Shown here: positions 1-8,252 of the stretch, piece by piece
How the letters are laid out: every line of letters starts with the position of its first letter
How positions within the stretch are numbered: the stretch's first letter is position 1
Assembly: GCF_001598795.1 (NCBI RefSeq)
Contig: NZ_BCZP01000025.1
Location: forward strand, 1-32,000
From: Delftia acidovorans NBRC 14950
GTDB lineage: Bacteria > Pseudomonadota > Gammaproteobacteria > Burkholderiales > Burkholderiaceae_C
Length of the DNA stretch: 32,000 bases
Direction: 5' to 3'
Made by a program: the position numbers and the translations under genes
Notes under the pieces: model-generated
What the model was told of the DNA's origin: nothing
Databases searched by the model: none
The model's input: only the letters and a program-made list of their open reading frames with translations

Positions 1-1131
1 AAATGGTGGCAATCGCCTGGCTGGTACGACCAGGTGGACAATGCCAGCGTAACGACCTATGCATACGACGCCATGAACCGGCAGACTGTCAGCTTCGAAT
101 GGCAGATCCAGAAGGTAGGACTTGAGCAAATCACCTCCACCACCCTCAAGCACAACTACGCCTACGACCTGGCCGGCAACCGCACCAGCGACATTTCCAG
201 TGAACAGACCTCTGGCAAGGCCGCCCAGGAAACGGTCAACAACTACGTCTACGACGACCTGCACCGGCTGGACAGCTTCAGCATCAGCCAGTCGGGCAAG
301 GCCACGCAGTCCGGCCAGGTCCTCTACGACGGAGCCGGCCGCCAGGTCTATGCCAAGACGCTGAGCAGCACCGGCGAAGCCGAACACCGCTACAACCAGT
401 ACGACACCCTGGGCCGCGTGCAGGACACCCGCGTCGTCATGCGCCGCGCTGACAACCAGTCCAGGATCCAGCACACCGACGTCGCCTACCATGGCGCCCC
501 CGGCACCACCGACCCCAGCCTGGGCTACGACGCCGCTGGCAACCTGCGCGGGCAAGTGCAGACCACGAATGGCAACACCGGTGATGCCACGCGCACCACC
601 TACAAGTACCAGTTCAACGGCAGTTACCAGCAGACCGAGTCCACCACCACCCAGGGCGGCCGCACGGCCACCACCAACACGTGGCGCGACGCCAACGGCT
701 TCATCAGCAACATCGAGCAGAAAGGGGAGGTCTACGACACCCGCTACAACCGGGCCTTCGTCAATGATGCCCAGGGCAATGCGCTCTACGTCAACCAGAG
801 CGCCGGCTCGGCCTCGGACAAGGGTGGCCGCATAGAAAATCGCCCCCAGAACGGCGAAGTACCCAAATACGTCAACACCGTCGAATTCCACCTGAACGCC
901 TCTGCCTTGAAGCTGCGCTACACCAACTTCAGCGCCATGAACTACACCGTGGTCGGCGGTGAAACCCTCAAAACCATCGCCCGCAACGTGCTGGGCGACA
1001 GCAGCCTGTGGTGGCGCATCGCGGGAGCCAACGGCCTGGCCGTCTCGGGCGACCGCGAGTTGCAGGCCGGCCCTCCGCATCCCCAAGCTGGCCCTGAACG
1101 CCAACAGTACCGGCAACTTCCAGCTGAATGA
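1..1131 (+). CDS. YD-repeat (RHS-family) protein, C-terminal part ending in a LysM-like domain; 5' end lies outside the window
   Basis: Frame 1 is open from base 1, so the listed ORF start at 34 is an internal GTG. Repeated YD motifs are present (YAYDLAGNRT, YVYDDLHRL, YNQYDTLGRV, LGYDAAGNL), followed by a LysM-like segment YTVVGGETLKTIARNVLGDSSLWWRIAGANGL. The extreme 3' end may be frameshifted (see findings). Confidence 0.75.
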   Translation, partial: KWWQSPGWYDQVDNASVTTYAYDAMNRQTVSFEWQIQKVGLEQITSTTLKHNYAYDLAGNRTSDISSEQTSGKAAQETVNNYVYDDLHRLDSFSISQSGKATQSGQVLYDGAGRQVYAKTLSSTGEAEHRYNQYDTLGRVQDTRVVMRRADNQSRIQHTDVAYHGAPGTTDPSLGYDAAGNLRGQVQTTNGNTGDATRTTYKYQFNGSYQQTESTTTQGGRTATTNTWRDANGFISNIEQKGEVYDTRYNRAFVNDAQGNALYVNQSAGSASDKGGRIENRPQNGEVPKYVNTVEFHLNASALKLRYTNFSAMNYTVVGGETLKTIARNVLGDSSLWWRIAGANGLAVSGDRELQAGPPHPQAGPERQQYRQLPAE

Positions 1132-1162
1132 CCCGAGCGGGATCACACTCGGTGTTGCACCA

Positions 1163-1924
1163 TCACCCCATAAACCGCGCCACCCCCGCCCGAAACTCCC
1201 CACTCCCATAAACCGCCGACACCAGATCCTCATCATCCAGCCGCTGCTCCACGACGATGCGCCTCAGGCTTTCCTTGACCGCTGACTGGGTGGTTGCCGA
1301 CAAGGCCATGAGCTGCTCGGCCAGCGCCTGTGCCTGGGCTTGCAATTGATCTGCCGGCACCACCGCATGCACGAACCCGCAGGCCTCGGCCTGCTCGGCT
1401 GAGAGGTAGTCCGCCAGCAGCAGCATGCGCTTGACGCGCGGCACGCCCAGGCTGGCCACCAGGCGCGCGATGTTGCGTGATGACAGCGTGTTGGACAGCG
1501 TCTTGGCAATCGGCGCACCGAAGCGCGAGCCGGTGCTGCAGATGCGAAAGTCGCATGCCGTGGCCAGGGCCAGGCCGCCGCCCACGGCCCAGCCGTCGAT
1601 GACGGCGATGGTGGGCACGGCGATGCGCTCCACGGCATCGATCACGCGCTCCACGAATGCTTCGTAGGCAATGCCTTGCTGGCCGTCACAGAAGTCCTTG
1701 AAGTAGGCAATGTCGGTGCCCGAGATGAAGGATTTGCCGCCCGCGCCGCGCAGCATCACGCAGCGGATGGCCGGGTCGGCCTGGCAGCGCTCCAGGGCTG
1801 TGAGCAGTGCCTCGTACATGGGCAGTGTCATGGCGTTGTGGCGTTCGGGGCGGTCGATGAGGATCTCGGCCGCGCCCCCGGCGTGAAGGGTCAGCGCCAC
1901 GGATTCATGCAGGGCCGTGCTCAT
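1163..1924 (-). CDS. enoyl-CoA hydratase/isomerase (crotonase) family protein
   Basis: Translation from MSTALHESVALTLH... contains crotonase hallmarks (IDRPERHNAM, LRGAGGKSFISGTDI, DGWAVGGGLALATACD). The ATG at 1924 overlaps the upstream stop as ATGA. The longer listed ORF (to 2569) is an arginine-rich read-through inside the upstream gene. Confidence 0.85.
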   Translation of the reverse strand: MSTALHESVALTLHAGGAAEILIDRPERHNAMTLPMYEALLTALERCQADPAIRCVMLRGAGGKSFISGTDIAYFKDFCDGQQGIAYEAFVERVIDAVERIAVPTIAVIDGWAVGGGLALATACDFRICSTGSRFGAPIAKTLSNTLSSRNIARLVASLGVPRVKRMLLLADYLSAEQAEACGFVHAVVPADQLQAQAQALAEQLMALSATTQSAVKESLRRIVVEQRLDDEDLVSAVYGSGEFRAGVARFMG

Positions 1925-3108
1925 GCGGCGGCCTTCAGTGCCTGGAGTTCGGCCATGATTTCTGCGTTGTGCTCGCCCAGCAGCGGCGGATGGCGGCGCA
2001 CCTGCTGGGGCGTGCCGAGCATCTTGACGGGAAAGCCGATGTTCTTGACCTTGCCTTCGATGGGATGGTCGATCTCCATGCACATGCCGCGGTGCTGGCC
2101 GTGTTCCCCCTCGAAGGCCTGCGGATAGGTGAGCAGCGGGCCTGCGGGAATGCCTGCCTCCAGCATGCGGTCCACCCAGTCGGCGCTGTCGTGGTGGGCA
2201 AACTCCGCTTCCAGTGCCTCTATCAATGCCTCCCGGTGCTTGAGGCGCAGCGCCACGGTGGCGTAGTCCGGATGTTCCACCAGGTCCGGGCGCTCGATCA
2301 GCGCGCACAGCCTGGCCCAGAGTTTCTGATTGGTGGCGCCCATGACGAAATAGCCGTCGCGCGCCTTCACGGCCTGGTAGGGGGCGCTCATCTTGTTGCT
2401 GGTGCCCAGCGGCGCGGGCGGCACGCCGGTGCCCCAGTATTCGGACATGTCCCAGATCGAGAAAGCCATGGCCGAGTCGAACAGCGAGGCGTCTATGTGC
2501 TGGCCCTGCCCTGTCTTCTGCGCGCCGATGTAGGCGGCCAGCAGTCCGTAGGTGGCGAACAGTGCGCAACCGATGTCGGCCACGGGCACGCCGGCCTTGA
2601 CGGGTTTCTCTCCCTTGTAGCCGGTGACGCTCATCACGCCCGACATGGCCTGGGCCATGAGGTCGAACCCCGGCCGCTGGGCCCAGGGGCCGCTTTGGCC
2701 GAAGCCCGAGATGCTGACATAGACGATGCGCGGGTTGATGCGGCGAATGCTTTCGTAGTCGATCTTCAGGCGCTGGACCACGCCTGGCCGGTAATTCTCG
2801 ACGATGACATCGGCTGTCGTAGCCAATTGGTAGAAGGCCTCACGCCCCTCCTCGCTCTTGAGGTCCAGCGTCAGCGACCGCTTGTTGCGGTTCATGTTCA
2901 GAAAGCCCATGCTGTCCGGGCCCTTCATCTTGAAGCCCATGGCGCCGCGCGTCTGGTCGCCGGTGCCCGGAGGCTCGACCTTGATGACATCGGCGCCGAG
3001 GTCGGCCAGCAGCATGCAGGCAAATGGGCCGGCCATGACCTGGCTGACGTCGAGCACGCGGATGCCTTGCAGGGGCAGTTGCAGCGGGTTGGATTGGGGA
3101 TTGCTCAT
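1921..3108 (-). CDS. family III (CaiB/BaiF-type) CoA-transferase
   Basis: N-terminus LQGIRVLDVSQVMAGPFACMLLADLGADVIKVEPPGTGDQTRG is typical of this family. GAGGA lies 6 nt upstream of the ATG. 395 aa. Confidence 0.9.
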   Translation of the reverse strand: MSNPQSNPLQLPLQGIRVLDVSQVMAGPFACMLLADLGADVIKVEPPGTGDQTRGAMGFKMKGPDSMGFLNMNRNKRSLTLDLKSEEGREAFYQLATTADVIVENYRPGVVQRLKIDYESIRRINPRIVYVSISGFGQSGPWAQRPGFDLMAQAMSGVMSVTGYKGEKPVKAGVPVADIGCALFATYGLLAAYIGAQKTGQGQHIDASLFDSAMAFSIWDMSEYWGTGVPPAPLGTSNKMSAPYQAVKARDGYFVMGATNQKLWARLCALIERPDLVEHPDYATVALRLKHREALIEALEAEFAHHDSADWVDRMLEAGIPAGPLLTYPQAFEGEHGQHRGMCMEIDHPIEGKVKNIGFPVKMLGTPQQVRRHPPLLGEHNAEIMAELQALKAAA

Positions 3109-3117
3109 GCCGGGTCC

Positions 3118-4101
3118 TCAGCTTTCTTCGGTGATTTTTGCGGCGCGCACCACGTCGCCCCACTTCTTGTATTCGGCAGCCATGAAGGCCGCGAACTTGT
3201 CCACGGAGCCGCCACCGTCCTCCACGCCGTATCCGTCGAAGCGGCTGACCACGTCGGGCATGGCCAGCACGCGGTTGATGTCGGCATTGATGCGCTGGGC
3301 CAGTTCCCTGGACATGTCGCGCGGGCCGACGACGCCGTACCAGCTCGATGCGTCAAAGCCCTTGAAGCCCTGCTCGTCCATGGTGGGCATGGCCGGGAAT
3401 CCCTTGGCACGGTTCACGCGGGTCTGGGCGATGCCCAGCATTTTTCCTGCGCGGACCTGGGCAGTGGCGGCCGTCATGGTGTCGAAGCTGAAGTCGATCT
3501 GACCGCCGATCAGGTCGGTCTGCATGGGACCGGATCCTTTGTAGGGAACGTGGATGCTCTTGACACCTGCCGCCATGTTGAACATCTCGGCCGCAAGGTG
3601 CTGCACCGAGCCTGTGCCCGAAGAGCCGAAGCTGACCTTGCCGGGGCTTTTGCGGCACAGCTCCACCACCTCCTGCACCGAGGCATGGCCGTTCCTGCTG
3701 CTGGTCACCAGGATGTGGGGCGTTGCGCCGATCAGGGCAATGGGCGCGTAGTCCTTGAGCGGGTCATAGGTGATGGATCTGAAGATCTGCGGCGAGATGG
3801 CGTGCGTGTTCACATGGGCCATCAGCAGGTTGATGCCTTCTGTGAAGCGGGTCTTGGCAAAGTATTCGGCCGCCAGCGAGCCCGTGGCGCCGGGCTTGTT
3901 CTCCACGATCACGGGCCGGCCCCAGATCTCGGACAGCTTTTGGCCCACGATGCGCGCGAACACATCGGTGCCGCCGCCCGGTGCCCAGCCAACCAGGATC
4001 TTGACGGGCCCCTTGGGCAGTTCGGGGGCCGGGGGCGCGGCCCCTGCCCAGGGTGCGGCCAGCGCGGTGGCGCCGGCCGCGATGAAGTCGCGGCGTTTCA
4101 T
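3118..4101 (-). CDS. Bug-family (TctC-like) tripartite tricarboxylate transporter periplasmic substrate-binding protein
   Basis: Tat-like signal MKRRDFIAAGATALAAPWAGAA, then Bug-family sequence (KILVGWAPGGGTDVFARI..., ENKPGATGSLAAE). The ATG at 4101 is preceded by AGGAGA. The listed ORF start at 4116 is a GTG 5 codons upstream. Confidence 0.9.
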   Translation of the reverse strand: MKRRDFIAAGATALAAPWAGAAPPAPELPKGPVKILVGWAPGGGTDVFARIVGQKLSEIWGRPVIVENKPGATGSLAAEYFAKTRFTEGINLLMAHVNTHAISPQIFRSITYDPLKDYAPIALIGATPHILVTSSRNGHASVQEVVELCRKSPGKVSFGSSGTGSVQHLAAEMFNMAAGVKSIHVPYKGSGPMQTDLIGGQIDFSFDTMTAATAQVRAGKMLGIAQTRVNRAKGFPAMPTMDEQGFKGFDASSWYGVVGPRDMSRELAQRINADINRVLAMPDVVSRFDGYGVEDGGGSVDKFAAFMAAEYKKWGDVVRAAKITEES

Positions 4102-4179
4102 GTCTGTCTCCTGCACATCGTTGTTGTGCAGTCACTGTCGCCGGGCGCCGATATCGCGGCAAGCCTGTGTGCCGCATGC

Positions 4180-4204
4180 CTGGTTTCGCAATCTGCGAAA
4201 CCAG
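4180..4204. promoter_or_regulatory. perfect 25-bp palindrome (11-bp arms, 3-nt centre) containing a T-N11-A LysR-type box
   Basis: CTGGTTTCGCA-ATC-TGCGAAACCAG lies between the LysR stop (4210) and the Bug gene start (4101). The inner TCGCAATCTGCGA fits T-N11-A with dyad symmetry. There is no U-tract, so it does not look like a classical terminator. Confidence 0.4.
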
Positions 4205-4209
4205 AAGGG

Positions 4210-5109
4210 TCAGATCGCGCGCTCACCCTGCAGCAGGGCGGCGACGACGTTGCGCAGCGCCTGTTCCTGGGCTTGGCCTTCGATGAAGGACAGCACGTAG
4301 CTGCGCTCGTGCCAGTCGCCTTCCAGGGTGGCCCAACCCAGGTCGGGCTCAGGGTGGAAGCTGCGCAGCACACCGGGTGGCATCAGTCCCACGCCCAATC
4401 CTTCGCGCACCAGGGCCAGCATGGTGTCGAAGCCGCTGACGGCGAAATCGTTGCGAAACACCCTGCCCCGGCTGCGGTGGGCGCGGCGCAAAGCGGCCAG
4501 GATGGCCGAGCCCCGGCCCAGGCTGACGATGGGGCAGTCCAGCAACTGATCCAGCACCACCGGCTCGACGGCAAAGCTGAAATGCCTGCGGCTGTAGACC
4601 AGCACCAGGCTGTCCTTGCGGTAGTCGGAGCGTGGCAGATCCACGAAGCCGCTGGTCTTCTCGAAGATGCCGATGTCGATGACCTTGTCGCGCAGCAGTT
4701 GCTGGACGATGCGGCTGTTCTCCTCCATCACCTGCAGCGTGATGTGGGGATAGCGCCGCTGGGTGACGGCGATGTCGGCAGCCAGGAACTGCAGGATGGC
4801 GGATTTGGGGGCGCCGATGATGATGCGGCCGTCGCGCCCGCGGCCCAGCGCCTGGGCGTCGGCTTCCAGCCGCTCCACCAGGTTGCCTATCTGGCGGATA
4901 TGGGCCAGCAGCTTGAGGCCAGGCTCGGTGGCGCGTACTCCATGGGGCTGCCGCTTGAACAGCCTGGCGCCCAGTTGCTGCTCCAGGTCACTGAGCCGCC
5001 GCGAGGCCGCTGCCACCGCCAGTTGCAGCCTGTCGGCCGCGCGCGAAATGCTGCCCTCCTCGGCAATCGCAAGCACAAGCTGCACGGTGGTGGAGTCGAT
5101 CTTCATCAT
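4210..5109 (-). CDS. LysR-family transcriptional regulator
   Basis: Start MMKIDSTTVQLVLAIAEEGSISRAADRLQLAVAAASRRLSDLEQQLGARLFKR is an LTTR winged helix-turn-helix, followed by a substrate-binding domain. Residues upstream of MMK in the listed ORF look non-coding. Confidence 0.9.
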   Translation of the reverse strand: MMKIDSTTVQLVLAIAEEGSISRAADRLQLAVAAASRRLSDLEQQLGARLFKRQPHGVRATEPGLKLLAHIRQIGNLVERLEADAQALGRGRDGRIIIGAPKSAILQFLAADIAVTQRRYPHITLQVMEENSRIVQQLLRDKVIDIGIFEKTSGFVDLPRSDYRKDSLVLVYSRRHFSFAVEPVVLDQLLDCPIVSLGRGSAILAALRRAHRSRGRVFRNDFAVSGFDTMLALVREGLGVGLMPPGVLRSFHPEPDLGWATLEGDWHERSYVLSFIEGQAQEQALRNVVAALLQGERAI

Positions 5110-5179
5110 GGCGGCAAGGCACTCTTGCGCAGGCGGCGTCTGCTGAGGGCGCGATTGTGCCCCAGTGCAGCAACTGTGC

Positions 5180-7477
5180 TCAGGCCTGTGCGGGACACTC
5201 CAGCACGTCGCTGAGGCTGAAGCTCTCCAGGAACGGCAGGACATGCTCCTCGTTCATCGGGCGGGCGATCAGGAATCCCTGGACATACGTGCACCCGAGT
5301 TGCTGCAGGTACAGAAACTGCTCCGTGGTTTCCACGCCTTCCGCGACGACTTCAAGGCCCAATCTGCGGCTCAGTGCCAGGGTGGCCTCGACAATCGCGG
5401 CAGCCCCGGCGTCCTTGTCCATGGCCTGTATGAAGCTGCGATCGATCTTGATCAGGTTGAAGGGAAAGCGGTGCAGGTAGGAAAGACTGGCATGGCCGGA
5501 GCCAAAGTCATCGATGGCGAGATTCACACCCAGTGCCTTGACTTGCCGCATGACGGACAGCACCTGCTCATCATCTTGAAGCAGGGCCGATTCCGTCACC
5601 TCGATGTAGCAGCGCTCGGGGTTCAGGCCGGCGCGGTCCAGATGCTCCTTCAATTGCACCGCCATGCCTGGATCGAGAAATTCAAAGGCCGGGCAGTTGA
5701 TGGACACCGAGATATCGGACGGCCATCCGTTGGCAACCAGCAGCGGGGAGCGCTCCACCATTTGGTCGATGGGAAGCAGCAGGCCGCGCCGCTCTGCCAT
5801 GGCAATAAAGACTCCTGGCGGGACAGACCCTCTGGCCGGGCTGTTCCAGCGCATCAGCGACTCGAACCCCGATATTTTTCCCGTGGCCACATGGCAGATC
5901 GGCTGGTACGCCATGAACAACTGGCTTGTTCCGATGGCGGACCGGAAATCCTGCTCCAGCAGCAGTTGCTCCTGCATGGGGCCATCGGCGGAAGGCTCGA
6001 ATTTCACGAATCGCCCACGTCCCTGGGATCGCGCCCGCTCCATTGCCGCGCGCCCGTCGCGCAGCAGCTGATTCCAGTCCTCGGTGTTCTTGCAGACCGC
6101 CGTCCCTACGCAGACAGACAGCAAAATGCTGCGCTCACCCAGCATGTAGCGCTTTTTACCCAGTCGGATGGAGAGTGTTTTCGCCATGGAATCGGGGTTC
6201 CCTTCATATTGGGCGACACAGAACTCCTCGATGGCAAGGCGGGCGGCTACGTCATTCTGTCCAATACAGGAGCGCAATTGTTTTGACAGTTGCGAGATCA
6301 GTGGGTTGTCCATTCCAGGAACCAGCGTATCTGCCAGCACTTGCAAATGCTCGATACCGATGACATGGATGGCAACAGGACGCCGCTGTGCTTGCGTTCT
6401 GTTCAGAAGTTGCTCAAATCCGGTTGAATTGAGCAATTCGGAAGCAGGGTCATGGAAAAGATGGTGCCTCAGCTGTGAATGCACCTGTACCAGATCCCTC
6501 GCCTCGAAATAGGATCTTCTGCGCTCACGCATCCACAATTGCGCCAGTAATAAAAATGAAACCAGGCTGATGGCCGCCCATGCCATGATGGTTTTGCCAA
6601 ACCTCCACCATGGAGCCGCGAGCTTTGCCTTGGCGGCCAGCGTGGCATAGGCGAGATCCATGCCGCCTTGGCTGGAGCGGTGCATGGCGACGATCCAGGG
6701 GTGTCCTAAGCCATCGTCAGCGTCCAATATGCCCTCGCCTGCCGCCATCATTTTTGCAAGCCCGGAATCCATTCCGTCCAGAATGTGCGGATGCTCCTGG
6801 GGGATTCTGACCAGGTCTTTGCCGTTTGGCAGGCTGACCATGACCTGATGGCCATCCAGCAGCAGTGAACCGAATGCTTGGCGAATGGAATCCACGGAAA
6901 TGAAGGCCACCACAATGCCAGTCAGCGCCCCACTGGAGTCACGTACCGGACGCCCCAGCACCAGGGACGGTATATCGAAGACCGGCGATCTGCTTGAATC
7001 CAGCAAGAAGAAGCCGCCAGGCTTTGTCTGCAGCGCTGCATTCCAGATGGGGCGCTCGGGGTTGTCGGGAGACAGCGGCAGCTTGCTGAAACGTGAGGAA
7101 ATGGACCATTTCCCATGTCGATCAAGCACGCTCATGCTGATGACGCCGGGCAGCGCCGCCACCTCCTGGATCAAGGCATTGCGGATATCGGTGCTGGCAT
7201 CAGGGTCTGCCGTGATTTCGCCTTGGCGGCCCGGTGCCAGCAAAAGTTGTTCTGTTCTCTCTACCGCCAAAGAGGTGGCAAGAATGATCTTGTTGGTTTC
7301 AGCGGCAGAGGCAGAGAGCGCATGCAGGAGATTCGATTTCTCTTCATGCAGCGATGTCTCGTAGCTGGAGATCAGAGAAACGCCCGCAACGCCAATGATC
7401 ACCAAACATGCGATGAAAATACAGGCATACCAGCGCCTGGGCTGCCAGCTTGGAGGTCTTCTCTCTGCATGCATCAT
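5180..7477 (-). CDS. membrane sensor protein with periplasmic domain, degenerate GGDEF domain and EAL (c-di-GMP phosphodiesterase) domain
   Basis: Two hydrophobic segments (aa ~17-37 and ~297-315) flank a ~260-aa periplasmic region. The GGDEF position reads RLAIEEF (6221-6238). EAL-domain motifs are present: YQPI, GFESLMRW (ESL at 5855-5863), DDFGSGHASLSYL, IKIDRSF, VAEGVET, YVQGFL. Confidence 0.85.
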   Translation of the reverse strand: MMHAERRPPSWQPRRWYACIFIACLVIIGVAGVSLISSYETSLHEEKSNLLHALSASAAETNKIILATSLAVERTEQLLLAPGRQGEITADPDASTDIRNALIQEVAALPGVISMSVLDRHGKWSISSRFSKLPLSPDNPERPIWNAALQTKPGGFFLLDSSRSPVFDIPSLVLGRPVRDSSGALTGIVVAFISVDSIRQAFGSLLLDGHQVMVSLPNGKDLVRIPQEHPHILDGMDSGLAKMMAAGEGILDADDGLGHPWIVAMHRSSQGGMDLAYATLAAKAKLAAPWWRFGKTIMAWAAISLVSFLLLAQLWMRERRRSYFEARDLVQVHSQLRHHLFHDPASELLNSTGFEQLLNRTQAQRRPVAIHVIGIEHLQVLADTLVPGMDNPLISQLSKQLRSCIGQNDVAARLAIEEFCVAQYEGNPDSMAKTLSIRLGKKRYMLGERSILLSVCVGTAVCKNTEDWNQLLRDGRAAMERARSQGRGRFVKFEPSADGPMQEQLLLEQDFRSAIGTSQLFMAYQPICHVATGKISGFESLMRWNSPARGSVPPGVFIAMAERRGLLLPIDQMVERSPLLVANGWPSDISVSINCPAFEFLDPGMAVQLKEHLDRAGLNPERCYIEVTESALLQDDEQVLSVMRQVKALGVNLAIDDFGSGHASLSYLHRFPFNLIKIDRSFIQAMDKDAGAAAIVEATLALSRRLGLEVVAEGVETTEQFLYLQQLGCTYVQGFLIARPMNEEHVLPFLESFSLSDVLECPAQA

Positions 7478-7587
7478 TCAACGCTCATCTGGTCAAAGTA
7501 CCAGCGAACAGGCACCGTTCTCCCGGCAGGCAAGCCTGCCAGGAGAAACGTTTCCCGTTGGCTGTGACGCACTGGTCTGAATTTCCG

Positions 7588-7854
7588 TCAGGACGCGGAA
7601 AGACTCAGCGGCCTCATGGGTGAGGGGATTTTCCTCAAGACAGGGGCCTCCTTTTCCGCGGGGTCCAGCTTGAAAATGGAAACTGCCGAAACCAGGGCCT
7701 GCGCCTGCTGGCTGAGACTTCCGGCTGCCGCTGCCGACTCTTCCACCAGAGCGGCATTTTGCTGGGTGACCTGGTCCAGCTGGATGATCGCATCATTGAT
7801 CTGATCGATGCCCTGGCTTTGCTCCCTGGTGGCCCTACTGATCTCTTCGATCAT
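7588..7854 (-). pseudogene. 3' remnant of a methyl-accepting chemotaxis protein gene (last ~85 codons only)
   Basis: Translation [62 protein letters not shown] matches only the C-terminal part of the MCP signalling domain (compare the intact MCP at 26885-28486). No HAMP, transmembrane or sensor region lies upstream. Similarity stops about 7856, just before a large palindrome. Confidence 0.7.
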
Positions 7855-7870
7855 GTCTCGATACTCGACC

Positions 7871-7918
7871 AATAAAAATTGGCACTGGCGCCGCGAGGCG
7901 CCAGTGCCAATTTTTATT
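7871..7918. terminator. perfect 22-bp-stem palindrome, bidirectional intrinsic-terminator-like
   Basis: AATAAAAATTGGCACTGGCGCC-GCGA-GGCGCCAGTGCCAATTTTTATT has a GC-rich core stem flanked by an A-tract and a T-tract, so it reads as hairpin plus U-tract on both strands. Confidence 0.6.
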
Positions 7919-8200
7919 CTCAGGCCCTGCAACGACAATTGCATTTTTCTTGGTCGGTAAAGAATGATTGCGGCGGAAACTTCAGGCGGCAATTATTCTT
8001 GTGCATATGCGAGTGTTTCAAGACAGCCTATTGATATTGTCTTATCAAAAGGCTGTTTGAAGGATAAGCAATGATTGTAACGTTGTGTTATGAAATCAAT
8101 TACTCCTTTCCTCGCACCTTGACTTTGCATTTTGCGCAAACATTGCCGCAATACGCATAATTTTCAATGGATTCAAGTCCCCATCCCCAATCGATGGCCC

Positions 8201-8231
8201 AGACAAACAAAAGCGGCCCCTTGGGGGCCGC
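8201..8231 (-). terminator. rho-independent terminator downstream of eda
   Basis: GCGGCCCC-TTG-GGGGCCGC is an 8-bp GC stem (8213-8231). On the minus-strand RNA it is followed by UUUUGUUUGU. It lies 22 nt after the eda stop. Confidence 0.75.
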
Positions 8232-8252
8232 TGGTTCCGGGGCAATGGCGAC

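Noticed and set aside
1167-1216. 12-nt direct repeat CCCATAAACCGC at 1167-1178 and 1205-1216
   Set aside because: Both copies lie inside the 3' coding end of the enoyl-CoA hydratase gene, where they encode AVYG and ARFMG. This is most simply coincidental codon reuse, not a regulatory repeat.
1969-5214. 1081-aa plus-strand ORF spanning four annotated genes
   Set aside because: It is antisense to the CoA-transferase, Bug, LysR and EAL genes, all of which have clear family motifs. The translation is low-complexity (Ala/Gly/Arg/His/Val-rich) with no recognisable domain. This is a typical shadow ORF of high-GC DNA.
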